Under the pieces are notes generated by a model, which was not told where the DNA came from, ran no database searches, and saw only the letters and a program-made list of their open reading frames with translations. Both the position numbers and the translations under genes were made by a program. This document shows, piece after piece, positions 31,201 through 42,507 of a stretch of DNA of 64,000 nt (position 1 is its first letter; each line of letters begins with the position of its first letter). Source of the DNA: Proteromonas lacertae (taxonomy: Eukaryota); the NCBI GenBank assembly GCA_002245135.1, contig NGBS01001162.1:124001-188000 (forward strand). The letters are read 5' to 3'.

Positions 31201-34140
31201 CACATAACAATTGCTGCTTTCTTTTCTGGACAATATTGCCATATTGTAGCTATTGAAGCAAATGCATAATGATTAGGAACTCTTCCTACTTGAATGATAT
31301 TTGAATAACATCTTTGACCTTCACCTGGATGAAAGCTGAATAATATTTTCTTCTTCTCTACTAAAACATCAGCAAGAGCATCTCTTTCTGGATTGCTTGT
31401 AGTTCCAAAATAAGCTAATAAATCTTCATCATCACTATTCTCTTCAACGTATTTCTTCATTTCATCGATTGTGTTAAATATTTTTAAAATTGCTTTCAAC
31501 AATTTGTTATTTATTCCGTCTTTCATATTCATATAATCTGACATTATACTTGAGTATAATTTATAATTGTTCATATAACGTTCTACTTGAGCATTAGTGA
31601 TATATAAGAAAACAATCTTATAATATGGTCTATTAACAGTCACACCATCAATCCAAGAACATTGTATACTAGTATCAGTAAATGCATTAGTTGATATAAC
31701 ATAAGATGATGATAATATAACTTCCACACTTTCTGTATCATTATGAATCTTTCCAATATGTAATTGAGCTGAAAGTGTTCCTTGACTATTCCATTCTACA
31801 TTACCACCAGGTCCTGGAATACTAGAAGCATAGACAATCATTTGGTTGATTGTATCTCTATCATCATTTCTTGCTAAGTTGACAGCATTCGCTAATAACA
31901 TCATACTTACATAACTAGTAGCCATAGAAGATGAATAATGTTTGATTGTTACATCGCTAAGCTCATTGATTCTTTCCTTAAATTCATTACTGTCTGTTGT
32001 ATTCAAATCCTCAAAATAATAGCCAATAACATAAGATCCATCATACTATAAAAAAAACAATACATAAACATAATATATATATATATATATATATACATTT
32101 GTCCATCCATTATCAGTATTATCCATTACTTCTTCATCTAAAGTAAATGAAATAACTGGATGATTCACATTATCATGGACAATTTCATTGTACATACTGA
32201 AAAACACTTGTAAATAATCTCTTTCTAATACATTAGCCACTAAACAACCATCTGTGCATCTTGAATTTATAGCTGCGCATACATTCAATGCTTGTTCTCT
32301 ACTTCCATCTTTCATTACTTCATATATTACAGTATTGAAGCCACCATATTCATTAGTAATATTCTTTAACGATGCAGTTGCCGCTTGTGAATACATACCT
32401 TTACTTGACACTACGAATAATGTCTTAAATGTAACTATATTAGTGAATTCCTGTACAACAAATTTCCACATTGAATATACACTTATTCCTTATAATTATT
32501 AAAGAAAATAATAAATTTAATAGCATTAAAAAAAGATATAGGAATAACATTCTTCTTACAGAAATTACTTCCATCAGGTTGAAGAGATATATAAGTATAT
32601 GAAGTAATGTTATGACCATCAATTTCACTTAAGAACTTAATTGTATCTTCAATCGAAGATGTACTAAATGAAGTTATTATATTGTAGACCTTTCTATAAT
32701 CAGTATACTCCTTATATAACTGTTCACTACTTGCAGATATATCCATGTAAATTGGTACTATTTGTTTATTTAATACCGGTTTCTATTAATTGAATATTAT
32801 AAATTATATAATATATCATACTTCAGCATTTAAATAATTAATTGCAGCTTCAAATGCGTGTATAATATTCTCATCATATCTTGACAAGTTTCTAATTGTT
32901 ATATCTTCATGGTAAAAGTTTCTGTATGTAAATAACAATACATATAATGCATCAGGTTTGTACAATGAATCAGATACTAATTGATTGCAAATGTATTCCC
33001 TTGGAAAACCATTTGTAATTGTATATGATACTTCTAATGACAATTGAATAGGTTTATTATCTACTATTTTATCATTCGTTGAATCTACTTTTGCCAAATC
33101 AACAATTGTTGCAATTCTATTACCAGGAGTTAAACCTACTTTCATTTCCTCATCACCACTTTTATATATTGTAATATACTCATCATTATTATATCCAAAG
33201 TACACTATATCACTTCCACTTTTGAAATTACCTTTTAAATATTCATTACCAATTGTTATATATAATTTGTACATTGAAAATAATATAACTGATTCTATAT
33301 TTAAGTCTTTGTTTGTTAATGCTGTACCACTTCCACCGATTTCAGTAAGTAAAGTTGGAGGTATTTGTGCATTTTCACTGAGTATATATGAGTCATCACT
33401 GCTAGCACTATGATAGACAACTTCTCTTGGAACAACTGGCATGTTGACCAATTGGACTTTTTTACCTGTTGGAAATGTTCCAGCTTTCCATTCATCAATT
33501 AAATCTGTGGTACTATAAAAATTGAGTATGTAAACTTCAGATATGTTTGACGTTTGTAAATAAGTGGTAAGTGAAGTAATGATTTCATTTGCTTTATCTG
33601 CTTTTTTATCTACCTCAGTAACTGAAACACGAGCGAAATTAAATAGTTTTATTGTTTCAGTAATGAATGTTCCTAATTTATCCTTCTCATCTGAATCATA
33701 AGCTACACAGACGTTTTCAAATCGATTGATTTCTTTGGATATAGTATATAAACTTGATGAAACTGTATCATAACCAAAAATAATGTTAGAATAACAAATT
33801 GGACTTGTATAAGGTATAATATTCCAAATATAAATATCATATGCAACAGCTACTTCGTTTATCATATTATAATCAGCAGATTTGAAGTAAGGCAAACACA
33901 GTATCGATATAATTTTTCTTAAACTTTTCAAATTCTGAAATTAATGAAGTATTTGTTATTTCCATCTATTTTTATCTTTTTTAGAGTATATTCGGTCGTT
34001 GTAAAGTAAGTGATTATTGAATCAACACCTGTTGGTAAAGTTTCTCCAGTAGAATATACAAAAGGTCGCTCTAATATAATGCATAGTACATTATCGCAAT
34101 AAAAAGCTAATACTAAGAAAAACAAATTAGAAAACGGCAT
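22270..34140 (-). CDS. Receptor A: ~3875 aa class C GPCR-like protein; signal peptide + 9 tandem UrtA/AmiC-type periplasmic-binding (Venus flytrap) domains + 7TM
   Basis: Introns 32783-32821, 32490-32539 (AT-AA), 32046-32096, 30504-30536, 30320-30353 and 30122-30155 join six listed ORFs. The junction with the first (signal peptide) ORF near 33930 is unresolved. Repeats carry UrtA-like motifs (IGILTSYSG..TERS, AIDEINKDGGIIG, LLFYPFLYEGYECSENI, WYPAKFEGQECDENIFYTG). Seven hydrophobic segments lie at ~23240-22480, including a CTARVVLLSLG TM3. Confidence 0.85.
26278..26325 (-). repeat. TCN trinucleotide tract encoding a poly-Ser insertion in VFT domain 7 of receptor A
   Basis: GATGATGAAGATGAGGATGATGAAGAAGATGAGGATGAGGACGA on the + strand; protein reads SHSSSSSSSSSSSSSSDD. 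Confidence 0.8.
32490..32539 (-). other. U12-type (minor spliceosome) intron, AT-AA termini, in receptor A
   Basis: 5' ATATCTTTT, branch-like TTCTTTAAT 8 nt before the 3' end ...TATAA|GGA. Removal gives CKKNVIP|GISVYSMW in frame. The paralog has a phase-0 intron at the equivalent position. Confidence 0.75.
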
Positions 34141-34432
34141 TTTTCAAAATAGAATTGATTAATCGTTATGCTAAATATAGAAAAACTGAAAAGGCTATAA
34201 AATCTATTAGCTTGCTATTCTTAATTGTTTTGGTTTCTATAAACGAAACATGAGGTCAGAAAATTATTTATTCTCTTTTTTTCATTTCATAATCAGCTTT
34301 AGTAAATAAACACTATTCACTATTCAAACTTATTCTATCATATACAACAAAACTAATTTAATCACATATTCGTTAATTCTGATTTAAGAACAACGAAAAT
34401 TTTCGATATAAATTATTCCCCCAAATAGAAAA

Positions 34433-35459
34433 ATGGATCACCCTTTACGTAATTGTCTGGAAAAATGTGCAGATATATCACAAAAGTTAGTAAAAGGTCC
34501 AAATACTAACATATTTAACAACACAATCTATAAATCAACATGTATACTTAATCTTTCTAATTATAAGGGTTATTGTACTTTTATTTTGTCGTTGAAGATG
34601 TGTTACTGTTATTAATGAATTACTTTTTTGTGTATATTATTTTTTATTATAAATAGTACAAAGACTTCATTTCATGGATGGATTAAATATTTTATGAATT
34701 TAAAAATAATAGTGTTGTTAATAGGAGCAATAATATTAATCCAGTTAATGGTTGGTGTTTCAATACTCATTTACATCAGTATATATTAATTTATCTCTAT
34801 TTAAATAATGTAGAGAGAAATTATTATCCAAATCGATTTAGTAAAGCATTTCTTTTTGTAATTCCAACTGTATGTAATTGATTTATGCTATTTATTTATA
34901 GTTTCCATTTTACACATTCACTATACTAGTCTTATCATCTTACACAACAGAATATTATGCTATCTATTACTATGGTTATATTTTAACAGTAGAAACTGTA
35001 GTAATCTTAGTTCAAACATTAGATGTAATATTCCATATAAAAATGAATTTAAGAATAATTATAATAATATCATCTTTGTTATTCTATGTTTTAGTGAATG
35101 ACAGTATTAATGTCATTCTTTATTTTATATTATATGCATTGATAATGGCATTTAGAGAAGTATTTATTATTATTTATATTATTCTTATAGAGAACTGAGA
35201 ATATGGAAGTTTCTAAAGAAGTGTTATATCAGTATATTTTTATATATTGAATTATTATTTTTTCTGTTATAGTTATACATCGATATATTATGGTCCAATA
35301 TTATCTCCAATGTTATTTATATCTATCTACTTTTTAGTACTTGGATTTATTGTTTATTTCATGTATATTTGTTTAAGGTCTTGTTGTGGTAGATGTTGTG
35401 AAAGAACTATAGTGGCTAGAAATGATGGATTTGAAGAAATAGTTGTTAATATAGATTAG
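34433..35459 (+). CDS. Hypothetical multi-pass membrane protein (about 6 short introns)
   Basis: GTAT..AG introns join MDHPLRNC..., WLLYFYFVVEDVLLLLMNYFF, KIIVLLIGAIILIQLMVGVSILIYI, FPFYTFTILVLSS and ...PMLFISIYFLVLGFIVYFMYICLRSCCGRCC into one hydrophobic frame. Confidence 0.6.
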
Positions 35460-35574
35460 TATATTAAAAAGTATAATGTTATTTATTGTTTTAAAGTTGT
35501 TGTTTTTTTGATTTTATGAAGAATGAAAAATAAATTATTCTAAAATTCTTTTTATAAATAAATTAGATTATCAA

Positions 35575-36390
35575 TCAATCAGGCATTACAAATACTTTTG
35601 ATTGAGAAAATATCTTAATAGCATCTTTTGTTTCTTTCAATTTCTCTTCTAATTCTTTCTGCCTTCTGATCATACTTGGTGTTTCAATAACTAAAGGCAT
35701 TCTTCTAAGTGATTCTTCGATTTGTGCAGCAGTTTCTTCTAATGTTCTGAGTGTGCTTACTCTTTCATCATCTGGTAATAATACCATACCTGGTGGACAA
35801 TCAGGATCAGGCATATTGGCTAATCTTCTTTGTTCTTCTCTACTTTGTTGAATTTTTCTTTTTATCAAATAATCTGGAACTTGTCCCTTTTGATGAGATG
35901 GATCTACAGGTGGTACTAATGGCTTTGGCTCGAATTTCTTTGGTTCCATTTTCAAAGCTTTTGATTTATTCACTGTAATGAAATCTTTGGGTGGTGGAGT
36001 TGGTTCTTTTTTTACTATTGCTGATGGTACTGATGGTTTTCTTTCTTCTTTTCTAACAAATGGTTTTGATGGAGCTGGTAATGGTTTTTCTGTCTTTTTC
36101 AAGAATTCATGTTTTTCTTTTGGATGATACTTTTCATTATCCATTTCTTTTTCTATTCTTGGTTCTACTTCTTCAAACTCCTTCATTTTGTACGGTTTTC
36201 TATTCTTTATTATTTCTTCGAATTCCTTTCTTTCTTGAGTTTTACTTTCTATTTCATCAATTACTTTTTTGTTTTGTGATATATAATCTTTTGGTTTTAT
36301 TCCCTTTCTTTTCATATCATCTCTAATTCCTTGAGATGGATTTAAAAGTGCAGCAACTGCTGATCCAGAGTTTCTTTTGTAATAAGTCAT
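35575..36390 (-). CDS. ENKD1: Enkurin domain-containing protein (ENKD1-like)
   Basis: Intronless 271 aa ORF. C-terminal enkurin domain GQVPDYL...PDPDCPPGMVLLPDDERVSTL...LEEKLKETKDAIKIFSQSKVFV. Confidence 0.85.
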   Translation of the reverse strand: MTYYKRNSGSAVAALLNPSQGIRDDMKRKGIKPKDYISQNKKVIDEIESKTQERKEFEEIIKNRKPYKMKEFEEVEPRIEKEMDNEKYHPKEKHEFLKKTEKPLPAPSKPFVRKEERKPSVPSAIVKKEPTPPPKDFITVNKSKALKMEPKKFEPKPLVPPVDPSHQKGQVPDYLIKRKIQQSREEQRRLANMPDPDCPPGMVLLPDDERVSTLRTLEETAAQIEESLRRMPLVIETPSMIRRQKELEEKLKETKDAIKIFSQSKVFVMPD

Positions 36391-36573
36391 TATGATAAAT
36401 TTTATATAAATTCAATGATTGAATAAAACAAAAATTTGAATTTCAGTTTTTAAAAAATCAAACTTTTCATCAAACTAATTTTAACGAATATATTTTTATT
36501 ATAATTTTTCATCAACAAACAATTCATACGATAATAAACACATTACTAAATATAATAATAATACTATCAATCG

Positions 36574-38936
36574 TTATATATCTTTCAAAGAAGCGTTAAT
36601 CTCATTCTCAATATCATCTAAATTAAAATCTGATCCAGTTCTACTATCAGCCATTGGTATATCTAATTCACTCATAATATTATCAATAGAAAACGAATCA
36701 GCACTACCTTTCTTTGTAATTTGAACATTTTCTTCTTCATCACCATCTTTATTAGTTTCTTGTTCAACTGCTGGTAGTGGTGGTTCTTCTGAATGTTGTT
36801 GTTGTTCTGTATTGTCACTATGTTTTGGAGAATCATCAAATAAAGAAAATTGATCATTTTTATTATCTTCATTTTTAGCAGTATCAGTGGTTGTTGTTGT
36901 TGTTGTTGTATTATCTACACCAACAGGTTTATCTTTAGTAGGTGATGGAGTATTAGAATCAATTTGAAATAAACTATCATTATCATGAGGTGATAATGTT
37001 TTATTAATAATATCTTCATACTTCGATTGGTTAATAGATGGTAATAATCTCTCCATATATTCACTATTTTCATTATTACTGTCGTTGAATAAATCATTGT
37101 TATTATCATCAGCTATCTTTTGATTGATTACTTCATCTGTTAATATGTTATTAATTGGTGCATTTCCTAATAATAAATCGAATAATTGATTATCTTCTTC
37201 TGATTGAATGGTAGGTGGTGGAGTTGGAACTGATTCATAGTTATTATTATTATTATTATTATTATTTGTAGAAGAATCTATATCATCTATTTATATATAA
37301 TATATATATATAATACCTGGATTTCTAGATTTCTTCTTATTCTTCCTACTATTATTGCCATTATCATTGCTACTATCTATTAATATTACAGATGGTGTAG
37401 TTTTCTTGGAAGGTGAAAACTTCTTATTAAAGAACAATTCTTCTTCTTCTTCACTATCATCATCATCTTTATCTGTAGATGTATCATTAGGTAATCTTTC
37501 TTCACCTGGTTTTAATGGAGATGTGATTTTACTATTCTTTTTCAAGGGTGAACTCATTCCATATTCTTTTTCTACTACTTCAATATCTTTTAAAAACTAT
37601 ATTTATATATTTATATATTATACGTTTTTCTTCTTTTCGCTACCAATCACTAAATCATTCAATTCACCTCTTTCTAATGGCTTTCTTTTCAATTTTCTTT
37701 CATTTACTTCATCCCAAAAAGATTTGTTGGAGGTTAAGACTTGCTCATATATATCACTAGCATCTGTTGAGGGAGATTGTTCTTGACTATATAAAATAAA
37801 ATAAAATAAAATATACTCTGTTAAGGCATAATTATCAAAATGTAACTCTACACTAAAGTTTTGAGGGAATTTAATATTTTGATCTTTTAATGGACCATCT
37901 AATTTATAAATTGGTAAAATTAATAAATTATTATCTATAAAACCAGTATGAAAACCACATCTAAATAATGTTACTGGTCTTCCATCATCTAGTACTTGAG
38001 TACAACGCAATAATATATTTCCTTGTAAAAATAGATCCGTTTCATATTTAAAACACTTATTTTCTATTTTAGTGTTGTTTAATGTTGCTAATTTTGTACC
38101 ACTTTTATATATTCTTATTTCTGGTGTTTTCTTCAAATTAGTTAATGGGTTGTTATAGATTAATATACTCTTTAATATTAATGAAGAATTAGAAGGATGA
38201 ATTCCATTTAATACTTTGTCAAAATAATGGATATATCTTCTCTGAGTAGGTACTGTTAAGGACATGGATGATTCATTTCTTTTTTCACTTATATACTCTA
38301 ATCCATATTGAGCAGAAGGTGCCAAGCCTGACCAAGCCAAAAAACAAGAAGTTGTAGTGATTGTTCTACCTCTACCATTGAGACAATGAATTAAAACAAC
38401 ATTTAATGGATCAGCTGATAACCAAGATTCTACTGTCCAAGCTATTTTGAATAAAACACCTAGTGGAGGTGCACTATAACCAGGAAAGAAGAATTCCACC
38501 ACACAATCATTGAATATAGATGTGTCATAGTGTTTATCAGATATATTGATGATTAGAAAATGACCTCTATGATGTTGATCAAGATAATCTGAAATTACTT
38601 CTTCTCTTGTTTTACCTATTCCTGGAGCATCTTCATCAGAAATTGGATAAGCCATTACTATTAATATTAAATATTGCTTAGAATATACTTATTATCCTTG
38701 GAGCTATATAAATCATATCGCTTAAACGACCTGATATTACTTCATTCAAACGTTTCTTTGTATCTTCTTTTAATATTTTAAACTCCTGTTTTGTTTTATC
38801 TTTAGCTGTCTTTACTTTTTCCTTAAATTTACTATATTCTTCGCTTTCCAGAAAAGTGTTCATCTTCTATAAAATATAGATTTTCTAAACATACAGATGA
38901 AACCTTAGCTCGTGTTTTATTCCAGAAATTAGACAT
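36574..38936 (-). CDS. PTEN/tensin/auxilin-type phosphatase domain + C2 domain protein with a long acidic low-complexity tail
   Basis: DMIYIAPRII|MAYP, HHRGHFLIINIS, HCLNGRGRT (CX5R), VPTQRRYIHYF, LFRCGFHTGFI, FPQNFSVELHF. Start MSNFWNK at 38936; about 5 GT-AG introns link the listed ORFs. Confidence 0.82.
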
Positions 38937-39101
38937 GAAAAAAAGGATTAAAGAAGAAGAAGGCTCGAGAGTGAATCCAAACTTGTATATTACAACACAC
39001 TGAATATTTACTTCCACACCTTATTAATGTAATATTTATATAAATAACACATCATTAATACAAATAAATTACAAATAAAAAGAATAACTACAAAATTTTG
39101 T

Positions 39102-39477
39102 TCATTTTCTTTTGCTTCTCATTCTATGTTTTATTAAATTATCTACACTCAAACTGACTGGTATATCAACATATTTTATCATCCTTCCTGGTATAAATAT
39201 CATTTCTAAGTGTATTTTCTTACCCTATATACTAACAAATGTATTCATACATTTCGAAATGTTTCTGTTGCATTGACAAGTATAACGCTAAATAATATAA
39301 ACAATAAATATCTACTTCATATCTCTCTCAACTCCAATTAGTTGACCATAAACAATATCATCAGTTTTCATCTCTACATTTATTCTTTTATTCTTTATAA
39401 ATACTATATAAATCATATACAATTAGACTTTCAAGAATAATCTCTAAACCAAAACGACTATTACTCCCTTTTCCCAT
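39102..39477 (-). CDS. LSM10: Sm-fold protein most similar to U7 snRNP-specific Lsm10 (not in the ORF track)
   Basis: Three 26-28 nt GT-AG introns removed give MGKGSNSRFGLEIILESLINKRINVEMKTDDIVYGQLIGVERDMNVILVNATETFRNGKKIHLEMIFIPGRMIKYVDIPVSLSVDNLIKHRMRSKRK*, with Sm1 and Sm2 motifs. Confidence 0.7.
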
Positions 39478-39631
39478 TATTGATGTGAAACCTTTATATA
39501 TAACTATCAACGAAAATTATTATATGTACAAACCTGTATTTTATTGGTAAATTCAGTTTATAAAAAAAAATGTTTGACTCGAAAAAAACAGTCATTTCAT
39601 ACTAACAATAACAATAAAATTAAATATTATT

Positions 39632-42168
39632 CTAATTAGTGTCAGAATCATCATCATCATTATGATGATGATGGTGGTGGTGGTGGTGATGACTATGACT
39701 TCTATTGGACAACTTTCTATTTTCTTCGTCATTCTTCATTAAATCTTCTACATTTGCACTTTTGGATTGTTTAAACTCATTCTTATGTTTTGGTGAACTA
39801 TTTTCTGATGAAAGCAATGAAGCATCTGATGGAGGTGATATTACTGCTGCAATAGGTAGTGGAGGTAAAACCAAATTTTCAACACCAAGATTCACTTTTC
39901 TGTTATTCATTCTTTGCCTAGTTCTAACTGTATTTTCAGGTGAATTAGGTGTTGCAGTTTGAGTTTTCTGGAATGAATTGTCATTCTTTCGATATGACTT
40001 TCTATACAAATTCTGAACTGATGGTGATTGCATTGAAACTGCTGCTGGATTGTGAAAACTACCAGTTGGACCACCAACTCCAGCTGGTAAGTAAAAACTT
40101 GCTGATGGTGATCTTATTTTTATATCATCCAAATTAACACTCCTTTGTCGTCTTTGTCTTGATTCACTATTAGTTGGAATTGTTGCTAACTCAGCTTCTT
40201 TTGTTTGTGTATTTTCAGTTTCAGTTGGTGCTGAATCTAATGAATTCTTAACACTTTCTGATTGTAATCTACTTCTTTGAGTTTCAAAACGATTAATTGA
40301 TGGATTTCTACTTCTGAATCCATATGCTTCGTCGTTTACATTCATTGGATGATGAGGTTTTCTTTTTGGTTTTTCATTTGATATTTTTCTCCCTTCTTCT
40401 ATTAATCTATTCATCATATTATTATCATCATCTTTAATTTCTCTGATATTTTTATTATAATTGCTAAAATTAGTACAACAACAGCAATAACAATAGTTTT
40501 TATTCGCCTTTTTCTTAATACATTTAATTATTTCCACATTATTACTAAATATAATGTCCATTACTTGAGAAAAAGTAATATAACTTTCATCATATTCACC
40601 TACCTTGGAGTATTTCATTATATTATCAGCCATAATATTTATTTCTTCATCATTAAGAGAAACTATATCATTTGAATCCCTAAAACCATGATATTCTGAA
40701 TCAGTTTGTGAAAAAGATTCATGCAACAAACAGACTAACTCATCTTTAAATAATGCATTTGAATCAATAGATTTAAATATTTGAGTGTTTATTATTGTCT
40801 TTAAAAAATACTTTACTAAATCTCTCTGTATATTACAGTCTTTCATAGAATAATTCCAATATATTTCTGAATCTGATCCTAGCAAATATAAAGCAACAAA
40901 TGTAGTAATTGAATATGTAATTTGCAGTAACACTATAATCTCTACAAGACTTGATATAAAATAACTATAACTGAACTTTGGTTTATTCTTATCTACTGTA
41001 ACAGTCTTAAATGTAACTCCAATTTTATTTCTTAAGGTATAATTGTTTTTACTATTAAAATCTGTTGGATTTGAATATAAAATCTCTCTATCAACATTAG
41101 TGTTCTTTTTATCAATTTCAACTGCAACAACACAAACAACATCATTCTCTAGTTTATTATATATATATATAAAATATAATATACTTCCCTTTTCATTATT
41201 ATAACCATCAACATAAATATCTTTTGGATTAATATTGTTATTGAAATTCAATTTAATTACCAAATTCACTCCTGTATATCTAAATGTGTTGCTTTTGTCC
41301 ACATATGAATTCTTTTGGTCTAATGATATATTAGCAAGTTCCAACCACTTGTATAACGGTAAGGATATATCTTCATCATTGTTGAAAGCAAAAGCTATTG
41401 ATTTGTTATGATGTTGAATTATAGTTGTTACATTCTTTTCTTCATCTTTTGCGTAGTATATATAATTAAGGAATAATAAATTTGTATATATTTTAAATAA
41501 AGTGCAAAAAAGATATGACAATTTGATTCATTTTGAAATTTATTTGATCAGATCCTATAACTACATAATTATGATCTTCACTTTCCAAGCACTCATTGTT
41601 ATTAAACGTCTTAATACATTTTACTGATTCTATGTTTTAAAAATCAAAATTAATATAATACTCTCACATAATGAGCAATCTACTTCATTCCCCTTTACAT
41701 TTACTTCATTTATAAATGTTGTTATTTTACCACCATTCATATGACTTGTAGATACTTCAAAATATTCATAAAATGAACATTCTGTTTGTGTTTCTATGCC
41801 ATTTCTATGATTAGTAGAATATTATATTAGGAAATACTGATAGTATTTACTATCTTTACAGTATGATGGTCGAACAGCTTTGTTTACATAATTTACTTGA
41901 TAACTCTTAAGATCACCTTCAGTTATTTCAGTAGAAATGGAGTTTTCAAATAACTAAATCTAAAAAAAAGCTGGATATACTTCAACTTTGTTATATCGTT
42001 TATTTAACACAATGTTCAACACTGAATAAACTATCACGACCACTTGTAGTAGCCTCAATACTATACCCTAAAATTTTAAAAGTATTAAAATACTAGCCTT
42101 GTATCAAAAAGTCGAATAGATTTGGGTGTATGATAAGTTCCTAGTAGGCATCCAAATAATCTGTGCAT
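39632..42168 (-). CDS. P2X receptor-like ion channel with a long C-terminal extension
   Basis: Spliced N-terminus MHRLFGCLLGTYHTPKSIRLFDTRL|GIVLRLLQVVVIVY (YxTxK motif + TM1). Cys-containing ectodomain, WLELANISLD...FRYTGVNLVIKLNFNN, RNKIGVTF, TM2 FSYSYFISSLVEIIVLLQITYSITTFVALYLL. Five GT-AG introns and one AT-AC intron. Confidence 0.75.
39660..39695 (-). repeat. CAY repeat encoding a poly-His tract near the P2X-like C-terminus
   Basis: Protein ends SHSHHHHHHHHHHNDDDDSDTN. Confidence 0.8.
41456..41516 (-). other. U12-type AT-AC intron in the P2X-like gene
   Basis: 5' ATATCTTTTT, branch TTCCTTAAT, 3' TATATAC. The 61 nt removal is needed to join NQIV to YAKDEE in frame. Confidence 0.88.
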
Positions 42169-42507
42169 AGCTGAGTACTAGTTTACTATTAGTTTTATAA
42201 ATTACTCTCTTATTAAATTATATGAAAGAAAATGATATTTTTGTACACACTCTGAAAACTGCATATAGAAGGATTTATTTAGAAATAATAATATTATTTT
42301 ATGTACCTATACAAATCAACTACCATTTTCTTTTAAATAGAGGATGATACATGAATGTGTATAAATTCATCTCACCTAAAACACCTTTATTTTATCTTCT
42401 AATGTGTTAAGTGTATAAAATATAATATGTCAAACCCCTTTTCTAACTCATTTAACACATACAGAATAATTACATTAAAAAATAGTTGTATTAAATATAA
42501 TTACATT

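Noticed and set aside
22270..34140. Bacterial urea ABC transporter operon or bacterial contamination
   Set aside because: The PBP units are fused in frame, interrupted by spliceosomal introns and end in a GPCR 7TM; there are no permease or ATPase genes.
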